A stretch of DNA of 48,134 bases, taken from Dimargaris cristalligena. Lineage: Eukaryota. Positions 24,823 through 35,915 of the stretch are shown piece by piece. The notes under the pieces were generated by a model that saw only the letters and a program-made list of their open reading frames with translations, did not search any database and was not told the origin of the DNA. The stretch lies in the NCBI GenBank assembly GCA_003614675.1, contig ML002281.1:1-48134 (forward strand), written 5' to 3'. Both the position numbers and the translations under genes were made by a program. The stretch's first letter is position 1. The number at the start of each line of letters is the position of its first letter.

Positions 24823-27329
24823 TTAGGTGAACGAGGTGGTTCGGCCACGGCTTCGGCAGTTGGGCGCACCACAGAGACATGTCCAAGTTTCATGTTTGTT
24901 ATGGTAGTCCAGCGTAATTTCTTCACTCGGATGGATATCCCGTAGGCTGAAGAAGGCGATCCGTTGCCACGACCGGTCGCGGTAATCAACCGAGAACTAA
25001 GTGGGAAGGGAAAATCGATATTCGATATATAATAGACAAATAAAAAAAAATGTCAATGATTAACTTCAACGTGTGTACAGCAAGCTACGTCAATGAGAGG
25101 ACTGCTCGGTAATAATTAGTCGACCGCCTTTCGACCGTCCCACATTAGAATTAAAAGAAAAGGGGCCGCGGCGGTATTGCGGAAAACCATAGAGGCTGAA
25201 TTGACCTTGGCGAGGGCGACTTAAACCGAATTAAAAAAATGGACTGTAACTTACCGGAACTCGGATGATGTTTCCGCTACAGCTGTGATTGATAAAGCGG
25301 GTATAATTGCAATAATACTGACTATCGACACTATCGACCAGATACGTCATATAACCACAGCAAAATAATAGAATTTGCGCACATTGGGGTTAAAAGAAGT
25401 ATAGAAGGGCGTGTATTAGAATTGGGCCGACAACACAGTACTGGGTCAAAATAACGGGTAACTGTCCCAGAACCCATGAAATAACTCGGTATACATTTGG
25501 TAACTAGCTGAATTTCATATCCCGGGTCATGGAGGATATTATAAAAGGGCTACATTCCGGCAGTTGGTGATAAGGGCTACTTACTAAAGCATCGATGGAT
25601 CACTGGACCCATCTGGACGAAAATCAAACCCATAGTCAAGCTGGTAAGTATAGAGCAATTGAAGTTGGTCATAGAGCAAATTCCGCAACCGATCAGTCTG
25701 GGCATCGATAATTTCGCCACAGTATTCACCCACAAACGTACCCTGGGGAATAAACCTCCGTGTGCGAATCCCCCAGCCCCGGGTCCGCGTTTTAAAGGCC
25801 TCCAAGCCGGGGCAGGGTTTGGATTGTTGAATGATCCGGTTGGGGCAGGTCGGCGGGCTAGGTTTGGGATCCGAAAAGGTCGGTTTGATTTCGTCTCGGG
25901 TAACATGGGCCGGTTTATTGATCGGAACGTAGGACCGCCGTCCCCGGCCTCGCTGGGCTTTTCCCCGGGTTGCCCGACGAGACCGGGCGGATTTGCGGAC
26001 GCGGGGGGATGTCGTCTGCCGTTCCGGACTCGAAGGCGAGACGAGCGGTGCCTCATCTTGTTCGATCGAAATATCGCCAGCGCCGACGGTCGTCACTTGA
26101 ATGGGTTGAGCGGGCTGCAAGGAGGTGTGGTTACTTGCTGCACCCGACGGGCCCGCGGTATGGGCGCACGAGCACGCCTGGTTACATTCGTAAACGAACG
26201 TATCGGTAATGGACAAAAGGCCGTTGCGGAAGGGATAGCCGTCCATCTCCAAAATGCAACTACAGGTGCTAATATCACAAACGTCGCCGCAGTTGCAGCC
26301 TAGCACACTTTCGCCGGAGGGAATTTGGATCCGGGGGTGGAGGACGCTGGTCTCTATAAAATGGACAATCGGGAAAGGCTCGTTATCCACCTGGTTAACG
26401 ATGGGGATCGGCGACCGGGGTAGTGATCCGGGGTCGGGGGCCCCGTTTTCGCTGGCCCAGCTATGGAGGTGCGGATTATGGCACCACAGGTGCGCCCACG
26501 GGGCCGAGGGCATAGTCCGTTCAAGCGCCCTCGTCAGCGGGTCGGGGATTGGACCCGAGTACCGGTGATTGTAGTTTATGGACGAGAGGGGGGCGACATT
26601 GCTGGGGCCGATCAACTTGTCTAGCTTCAGTAATGAGCCGGATAGGGCCTGACTACATAAGTCGGCCAGTTTGCTATCGATTTCCGACTTTAATGGTACA
26701 TTTGCATCCGGTAGAATGGGGGTGTCGGATTCGGGCAGTGTTAGTTGGCGGCTCCAGTGAGCCGGTGATGTTGATACCTAGAAAATAGGTCGTTCCAAGA
26801 TGTAACAAAAAAAATAGGCGGAGTTCAGTTTTCATGTTCCTTCCTTCCATACTGGTCATGCGAAGACTGCGCGGTATGCGAGTTAACTTTGGTATATGAC
26901 GGGGAGGGGGGGAGAGCAAAAACTAAAATGCAAGCATAGTGAAATGGATCCCAAGGTACCGCTGTGACTTACATTGGCTGACTTTAACAAAGTCGAAATT
27001 GCACTTGACTGGAGGTCGCAAATAATAGTCAAGGCCCCCACCAGGGCAGTTGTCCGTGGAAATTTAGTATATTGGTCTATGATCTGTTGGACGTCCAGTA
27101 TCGGTTGTTTTGTAATTCGAAGCCGGATAAAGTCGGTGTTTAGCTGGGCAATGAGCTGGTCTCTGAGTATAACGTCGGGGCTCTCCGAGCTGGTCAGACT
27201 CAACGGCTTAGTGTCCTCGGTTGGAAAGGTTCGATGGTCAGGGTGAAGGGGCGGCAATTCAATGGGGTCGTAGGACCAGAGGGGTTCGAGGGCCTGAAGC
27301 CAGTAGTGGATATCACGATTCGAGACCAT
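24823..27329 (-). CDS. Clr4/DIM-5/SUV39-like histone lysine methyltransferase (pre-SET, SET, post-SET); exons 27329-26973, 26777-25585, 25330-25255, 24996-24823; 599 aa; start codon uncertain
   Basis: Three GTAAGT..TAG introns are all phase-consistent. Nine pre-SET Cys (GCNCGDVCDISTCSC, ECNQACSC, CPNR). SET motifs RGWGIRT..GTFVGEYCGEII, YTRFINHSC and RIAFFSLRDI..EEITLDY. Post-SET CLCGAPNCR. Confidence 0.88.
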
Positions 27330-27775
27330 CGTGGACTGCGGACGGAGGGATGTGCGGGCTGGGACTGAGGATCGGGTTGGCCGCTATTAAAGGGATAGCA
27401 GAGCTGAATACGGCTACTAGGGAGGAGGGACTGCAATACTGGGGGGTTAAGGTTATACTACCTCGGGGATACGATCCGGAGGTCAGAAACACTTGCTCCG
27501 CGGAAGTCGCTTGCTGCATGGTGGGATCTGCCAGAGACAACCACTGCCACCCCCAGGATGGAACCCTTTTACAACGGAAGCTGATTCAAGTTAACCCATT
27601 TACCTTTGGGATATTCACCTCAACTATTATTCTATTTGGCTCTCCCCACCGGCGACTTATTCACTTTCTTCAATCCCCCCGTTCCTTGTAAATTCGCCTC
27701 CGTGTCCCCCATTCTTAACTATATACCACCCCCCCCCCTTTTTGCTTGTCATACCCACCGCATATTCAAGCAACC

Positions 27776-28390
27776 ATGAGTGGTGTCGGAAGCCTCCTCA
27801 CTCGGCAACAGCAAATCGCGGCCATTTCCGCCCGGATCTTCGGCCGGGCCTTTAATGCCGAAGGCAAACGAACCGGCGAACGTGTCCTGCGCCAGCCCAT
27901 CCGGGGCCCGGAAGTGGTTTCGTACTATCCCCCCGAGCCCTTCTCCTTCCGTGAATTGCGGGAAATGTACCCCGATATGGAACTGATTGATCTTAAGGAA
28001 GGCGCCCGTTTGGCCAAAATCGAAACTCTGCGTCGCCGCGGCAAGGGTGCGCCGGAGAAGGGTACGTCGTTACTATTGGTATATTTATTATTGCTAGCTC
28101 TCTGGTGCACTAGTATACTTTATTTAATCGTATCTGGACCGACTGTTGGGGCCACCCATTATCTGTTCCATACCTTTTCATAGTGCACTACTTACTGATT
28201 ACCACCTTGTCTATGACTGAGGTTTAAGGGCACATCCCCTGGTGCCTGGTTTACCACTAAGCCTCTGCTTGGCAAATACAGACCGGGCGGTTGCTAACCT
28301 CACTTTCCTTTGAACTATGTACAATAACCGCTGTATATCCTCTATTTAACTATAGGTGCTGGTCGACGTGCGAGCATCAAAAAGCGCTAA
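27776..28390 (+). CDS. RSM27: Mitochondrial small ribosomal subunit protein mS33/Rsm27; exons 27776-28061 and 28356-28390; 106 aa
   Basis: SARIFG..FNAEGKRTGERVLRQPIRGPEVVSYYP and RRRGKGAPEKG motifs. A phase-1 GTACGT..ATAG intron gives the C-terminus GAGRRASIKKR*. Confidence 0.9.
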
Positions 28391-29636
28391 ATGCCTATTT
28401 AACTTAGATAGATCGCATTCCAATCCCCCACATCTACTTGACCGTGTGCTTTACTTGGGGATTACTCATATGTCTAAAAATTATTTTTCAATAAATACAA
28501 TACTAGAATTAGCCACCGATTTAAACGATTTTGTGATAAACGTCGTATTTATATTAATATATCATAATGTCCTTTGACTTATAGCGGTAATAAATTATTT
28601 AGATGTCTCCCTATACGCTTGACCGGCTGTGTGCCACGCCTACCATCCGAGCCGTGCCCCTCAACCAGCCACATACTAGATGACATCACCCGTCAAGCCA
28701 TGCTGCCTCCATGAGGACCCGAAGTAAAAGCTGCCTGACTCCACCTACTTTCCAATACCGACATGTTCCTCCCAGTACCTTGGCGCACCGGACACAGGTA
28801 AGTAATTTCCCAAACCGTGCAGGTACTATTGTTCGCTGAGCTGTACACTTCTGCCCCATAGGCAGGTCAGCCAGCTTGGACAGCGGATGCAACGTTTTGC
28901 AAAGGCCAATGTGACCCAAACCGTGTCACCGTGTTTTTTGGCTAGATTAGGCCAAACTACCTGATACGCTCTGAACTCAAGTCCTAGTTCCTTGAGCCAC
29001 AGCCGCGCGGTGTTGGAGGTCGTTATAACGCTCTTGGTATTATTGGAAGATAAGGGTTACATGATCGCCCTAGACTTCCAGTGAAGACACTGTGGGTTAT
29101 TAAGTCGAACGACCTCACACCCAGCCGCCCATTACTAGAGTGCCTTGTTCAATTCCACGATCACTTTCTCCAGAAACACTCAACTCGCGTCTTCTTCCAG
29201 CCAACACCATAGATACTTTCCAACTTAAAGTATATACCCCCTACATCTTTATCATTGTTTCTTATACAGCTTATATATATATATATATATCCATCTATTC
29301 CGGATACTATAGTTACCGTGTACCCCTGTCCTTAACTATTCCCCGAGACGAGCTTCGGTGTTTCGCCTGTACTCTCTACCAGCGGCCGTTACGTAACCTT
29401 CTCTGCTTTCCCAACCTCCATTCCCCCAGACTATTTTGCCTGTCGTTTATGGCCCTTGCCCCAACGTTACCCCCCCCCACTCGTATTACGCCACACCTTA
29501 CTACTGACTTTCCCCCCTACTCTATACCCTCCTTTTGAGTTTGCCTTGCATTCCCTACCATCCACCCATTGCCACCACTCCCATATACAATTAGACGTTC
29601 AGCGAAGCTGTTTGAGCTTTATTAAGGAACTTTAGC

Positions 29637-31479
29637 ATGGGTAACTCCGGGAGTTCTCAGGCCACCGCCGAAGTGGAATCCTCGGTCTATTTGACCGCCA
29701 TGGAACGGGAAGTCCTACACAACAACTACAAGTACATTTGCCACATGCTCAACGTAGAGGCCAAGGATGGCATTCCCATCCAAAAACTCCGAGTAAGTCC
29801 CGCCTTAGTGGCCTAAAATCAGAACGTTGAGCCGGAAGCCATGTGGTGACGGAATCTAAACTGTTGTCGGTTCGGACTAAGGGACCCTTATATTACTCAT
29901 ATACCCTGGCTACCTAATGTTTGCAGGGCCGCCTTAAACTGACCGGAGAGGGTTTATTTCGTAAACTACGCGTCATTCTCCCCGCCATTATTTAACCTTA
30001 AAATCCCTTCTATCTCTCTCATCCATATCTCATATCTAGGCATCCCAAATCCTACCCTCATTCATCCTCCGGGGATTTTTAGCTCCCCTTCGGGACCCCC
30101 AGGACCTCTCTAAGCACCTAGTCCAAGATAAACCCAAGCAAACCTTTGACTACGCCTCCTTCTTACTCGCCGCCTGCCGGGTGTCCCGGTCGACGGGCGC
30201 GGGACAAGTGGCCTATTACTTCGACATGGCCGACCTAACGGGTCGCACGCTATACGATTGGGTGGCCCAGCTCGTCGTATTGGCCCTCGAAGCCTGGGTA
30301 CGGAGTGCCCGACGGAAGGGCCGGGTACGCCAGTCCCTCAGCCCAGAGGAGTACACTAACCACGAGCGCCAACTCGTGCATTACATTTTGCTGGCCCCGC
30401 TATACACGCGTGAACGCCGCCTCGATTCCTTCGATCCCGCCGACGAAACTTATCAAAACCACCAGTTCGCCATTCGCGAATGGCTGAAACGTTGCTCCAC
30501 CCCGGGCGATATTGACCTCCCGGCCTTCCGCCAGTGGGTCACAAACAACCTGCCGCTGCGCCAAATCGCCGAACTGGCCTTCGAACGAACGTTATTCACC
30601 CCCCTGGACCCGACCATGCCCATTCTACCCTACCCTGAATCGGTGGCCGCCCAACGGATCGTGGCTAACTTATTGAGTCCCCGGCAGGTGGGCCGGTCCC
30701 GCTTGCTCACCACGGGCGAACAATGGGCGCTCTGCGAAGCTTTGCCGACAACCTGTCGCGAGCAATGGGACTTGGTCTTCGCCAGTGACTACGACGGTAA
30801 AAGCTGGAACACTTTTGTGGACCGCCTCATGCGGAGCGGGGCCACCCTGATTGTGATTCGGGAAAAAGGTTCCAACTATATTTTCGGAGGCTTCGCTTCG
30901 GAGGACTGGTCCATGTGCCCCGATTTTTACGGCAATTCGGCCAATTTCCTCTTCACCATCCAGCCCGAACTCCGGACGTATCCGAGTTCCCGAATTAATG
31001 ACCACTACCAGTATTTGAACCAAGGTACCCAGACCTTACCCAACGGTTTGGGCATGGGCGGCCAGCTGGGCTACTGCGGCCTGTGGATTAACCCCGACTT
31101 CGAAACCGGTTCGTCGCTGGCGGGACCCCGCTGTTCGACCTATACCTCCCCGCAACTCTCCAAAGAGGCCCACTTCGCCATCGATAGTGTCGAGGTTTGG
31201 CAGGTTCGCCGGTCTCCCACCGAGTCTGATGATGACGATGGCGAGGCCCTCACTAATGGTCGGGGCCGACGACCCAAGAAATCGGCCATGGATGCCCATC
31301 CCGACGCTGTGGCCCTCCTGGAAATGGCCAACCGGAAAATGTACGCGTCGACCGTACGCGATCCCGATCTCGACTTGGATACTCCGGGCCTCGAACGCCG
31401 TTCGTCGGACCACGAAGACGACATGGAGGCTATTCTTAAACGTCGGCATCTCAATTCGCCCCCACCGCAATACATGTAA
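29637..31479 (+). CDS. RTC5: TLDc-domain protein, Rtc5/MEAK7-like, N-myristoylated; exons 29637-29792 and 30040-31479; 531 aa
   Basis: Exon 1 starts MGNSGSS (MGxxxS) and joins through a phase-0 GTAAGT..CTAG intron. TLDc motifs WDLVFASDYDGKSW, IFGGFASEDW, FYGNSANFLF, GLGMGG, CSTYTSPQLS and IDSVEVW. Confidence 0.85.
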
Positions 31480-32615
31480 TGGCGGTAGAGTTCCTTCTCG
31501 CATTTATTTTATACACATTTAACACTCCTTCCTTATAAGATTTCCCCGCCAACCCCGCGTTCTGATGCTCCCTTAGCGTCCCTCACACATACATTCCACC
31601 CCTATCCCAATCTCTAACCCATAACAAGGATGAACTCATCGTTTGTAAACCATATTATTTTGTATGTGTATATATATATATGCACATTTATATACATCAG
31701 TGCCCTGGTACGATTGCATATCTATTTTTTGTACTGTGCAGTCGCCCTTGGGCGTTTTTACCACTTTTGAATATTTTCCGTTTTACTTGCGATTCGTGAA
31801 TATTATATAAGTATTTTTTCGGTAAACAGAGTCTCGTTTATTCCATTTGTTCAATCTATACATAAACCGGAAGATATACGCAAGTGAAATTATATCATGC
31901 AAACCTAGCAACCATTCGTGGACGTTGGGAGAATAGGTGGTATTATTATATATGAGCATTTTTGTCGAAATTATAGTGTAAACGTATTAGCAATTGTAAG
32001 GCTTAGCGGCAGAAACCCAAACTGCCAAGTCAAAACCTGAGCATTCAACATAAATATACACATTTAGGGCCCTAGTACAATGGTACCTAAATATATATAT
32101 ATATATGTAAAAAAATATGCTGATACTACCAATTGTAGGAGCCAGTTGAGGTTCCCAAAGTAGTTTCCCGAGGACCACGAAAAAGAGGATGCATTGGCAA
32201 CGTTGGACGACGATTGGGAAGCGAATACAAGACCGCATCTCCACAGGTGTCATTGAGATCACGGATTGTTTATGCATAGTCTTGCCAAACTGACCCAGCG
32301 TGTTTTAATATCAATTATTACTGGCCAAGTCTGTAGTCGAATACACCCACTCGGTGGCCATCGACCTCTCCTTTGATGTTGATGTGTGCAATATAAGTTA
32401 AATTCACATCAAATAAGTGCGTATATTCTTTCATTTATTCAATAAATGATCAGAATCCAGCTCAGGCCTGCAGCTAGTGTAAAAATATATATATCTAAAA
32501 ATTAGGTAACCAAATACAGAAAAATAAATAAACTTAAATCATCACTCTGAAGAACTGACCATTAAATGTAGGAATGCTGGCCAACCAAAGAATTTTTATG
32601 TTGCGGTTGTGGCCA

Positions 32616-34294
32616 TTACATGTCGGGTGTATTATTATAGGGAATGAATTCCTTGATGCCCCAATAATTATTATGGTCGGCGGATTTAAAGTTGAACCAG
32701 CTCACTTTAGCGATGCACTCGGGGTCTTGTGCCAATGTATTTTCATTGTAGAAGCACTCAAAAGTTCGTTTACCGTCCGGGGTGATGTAGTGCTCACCCC
32801 TCACATGGGTATATCTACCCCGGAGCTTTAGGTTAGGTACTTTATCATAGCCACTGGTAATCCGAATAGTGGGTATTTTGGTCTTATTGTAGACTAAGTT
32901 GAAGGCCCTGTTTCCCACAGGAGGGGCACCGAACGTAAATACGCGGAGACGCGACTTAAGGCCTTCTACAGTTTGGAATAGCTCCAGAGCACCGGTAACG
33001 CTGAGAGCTATAATAGTGTGATAATAGTATGGAGGGGGGGGGGGGCAATGGTGAGTATTTTTGTTAGAGGCAGGGTATATAAGTTTATCCGTGCGGGTAA
33101 GAATAAGACGCACCTTACGGGTAAGGCCTCACGTACCATTGTCGGGCCACCAAAAATTAACTATTTACAAAGGACCGGTGAGTGCGAAGTGCCCAGACGG
33201 GTTGCACGATACAGAGACGATATACGTGACATAATATAGACCAGATGGTTTAGCTTACCTCCACCTAAAGAGTGTCCAATTAAATTGACCTTGGCTTTGG
33301 GATAGCCCTCTAGTTGTTCTTCCAGGATAGGCTTCCAGAGTGGGAAGCATTTAGTATGCACCGTTTTAATACCCCGGTGCACGCCGACAAACTTTGATAG
33401 TTTTCTCCAGGGGACCCGCTTACCCTGAAGGTCATAATAGTATGTGGATAGGGCATTAGATGTAGACCCCCGGTGGACGACGTAAATGTTTCCCCCCGTA
33501 GAGTCTCGGGCCACAAACCCGTAGCAAGCATTATTAAATTTGGTAGGGAATGGGACGATATGTTCTGGGTCGAGAGTGGGGTCAAGCCGCAGTTGCGAAA
33601 CCATTTCAGCCTCAGGAAGGTAGGCGGCGAAGGCGTAACTGGGTGGGTTTAATCGACGAGGGATTCATATGAATACAGTGCAATAATGTAAGACGTTTAT
33701 ATGTGTAGAGATAATTTGGATGGGAAGGGGGTGAGAATAAAACCTCTTTATGGGGTAGATAGATTAGCGAATAGGATAAGGTGGTGTGAGTTTATAATAA
33801 TATACCTTCGTCGAGTATTTAAAGTTTGAAAAGGAATAGCTTTAGCACTTACTTGAGGTACTTCTTATATTTACTAATAGCGTCTTGAGGTACACCGGGT
33901 CGCTCTAACAACTCTGACCAGGTCGCTTCCGAGGTGCATCCAGGCCCTGGGTTGGACCAGCGTCGATTGTCCTCGCCGTTGATAGGAGGTTTACTCTCTA
34001 AACCACTGCATTGGGGGTCCTTGAAATTAGACAGTTTCAATCCTAGGGAGGGAATATGTCGGGTCAGACCGTAGCCCATTAGGAGCAACCCTATCTACAG
34101 GCATCACCGACCAGGAAAAGGGTGGTAAAATTAGATGGCATATATATTTATATAGTTAGATTAATGGCTTGGACAACAAAATATTAATGATTGCAGCCTA
34201 TTCAGATAAGTTACCATTGGGGGTAGTATATAGCGTCGCCTAGTTAGCCAAAGACTCGAATTTGAATTACCATTAAAATAGCGGGGGAAAGCAT
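32616..34294 (-). CDS. Secreted class-3 (fungal) lipase; exons 34294-34271, 34094-33853, 33638-33259, 33007-32616; 345 aa
   Basis: The splice model yields signal peptide MLSPAILMIGLLLMGYGLT, then YAFAAY and VVHRGS. Nucleophile GHSLGGALS spans intron 3, followed by TFGAPPVGN, catalytic Asp (YDKVP), YTH..GEHYI and His (DHNNY). Exon 1 is the least certain. Confidence 0.88.
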
Positions 34295-35915
34295 CGCCGG
34301 AAGAATAGAAAAGAAGATATTTCAATCTCTAGCAGCCGGTATAAAATATTTTTGAGTATAAGTGATAATTGAGTAGGACACTAGCTTGGAAATGGGCTTT
34401 TATATATATTACGGGGCACTAAGCTGGAGAGGATATTAGCCGAAATGAACGGCCTACCATTGTTACATTTAATCAAGGGGATACTCTTTAGGAAAATGAG
34501 TGGCGAGTATTTAGACATCACCTTTTATGTCTGGCTGCAAGAAATCTGAAAATGGCCGAAAAAAACTCGACTTTTCACTTCCTTCGTTCCATAATGGTCA
34601 CAATGACTTCCGAGTAACTTCAAAGAGTAACGGGGTCCTACTGTAATGGTTGAACAATGTATATTTTTAAAGCGGCCCATAATCGGCTCACATGTATTAG
34701 CGACAACTCCCCGCACTCTAGCCATAGGTAGGTAAGGAATGGCGGACCTGTTGGCCCTGTAAAATAATGCCAAAAAAAAGACAGGTAATAGAAGGGCTAG
34801 GGAAAAGAGAAGCGAGGATAGATGCGCCGATACTTGGAATTCACAATGTATCGTTGTGGACCACAGGCAATGCCATTTGTACAATAGTACTCTATAAGGA
34901 GGGAGACCCGTTGCCAATATAATATACGTATATCAATCATCCTTTCCCATATCCCTTTGTCTACGTCCCCTCCCCTGCTCACCAAGCTGAACCGAACAGA
35001 GCGACTGTTAGACTGAGGTCGGACATGGCCACCCCACTCGGGACTGACTCAAAGAAACTGTGATGATATTCCCAGTTTTATTATCGATGCGGGGCTTCGG
35101 AAGTTCAATAATAACGAGACCGTATCGGGCCTACGTGAAAACTATTACTATAGAAATATGCCAAATCGGACGGTTAATGCGTTAGGAAACATACAATTAT
35201 AAACCATCCTTTAGCCTCTGGGAAATATTGGACGTTGGTATATTTACATAGGGCGCCTATTCGGTTGAGCACAGTCCGGCTCGTATTGTGCCCCTGTATT
35301 TACAATATTTGACCTATTATTTCGACCATTTTGTCCTATCCCACTGGTTTAGATCGGATTTTAATATGGGGAAGTTCCACCAGCCTAGCCGTATAACGAA
35401 GAGTCTGTTTGGCATAGCTGGTTTATCTGGCTAAAAAATGCATTGGCCGCTAAATAGTATCGAGTATCGTTCATTCAAAGTCCTCTTATACTGGGGACAT
35501 TGGAACTTATCCGTACTGAACACCCCGAGGTATTAGTTAGTATGGCTAAACTGGTAAGCGGCTTTATTTTGTGGGGGTTGTGTTTATATATCATTACTTT
35601 TTAAAATGAGAAAATAACGATGTAGAGAGGTCCATTGAAAATGGGGACTCGTGTGGCTCCTTAAGAGCCCCAACTTCCCACCCACTGAGCCATATAACGT
35701 GAGTGTGGGGCGCTTGATGAATAGGCCTATATTTTGAACAGTAGCCTTGGTTGGGCCACTTATGTCACTGGGTTAAGTTGCTCTAGACATTGGAAAATCG
35801 CACGTATGAGTGTCCTCCCCCTCCTGGTACTCCTCCTTAATAGGGCCGATTTTACCCTTACCACACCTCTGCTCCTTATCTCTATTCTGTAAAAGTCACC
35901 TCTTGCACACTTACA

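Noticed and set aside
32080..32279. Possible two-exon 47-aa micro-gene (ATG|GTACCT..TGTAG|EPVEVPK..)
   Set aside because: Weak donor, intron much shorter than others here, and no recognisable homology.
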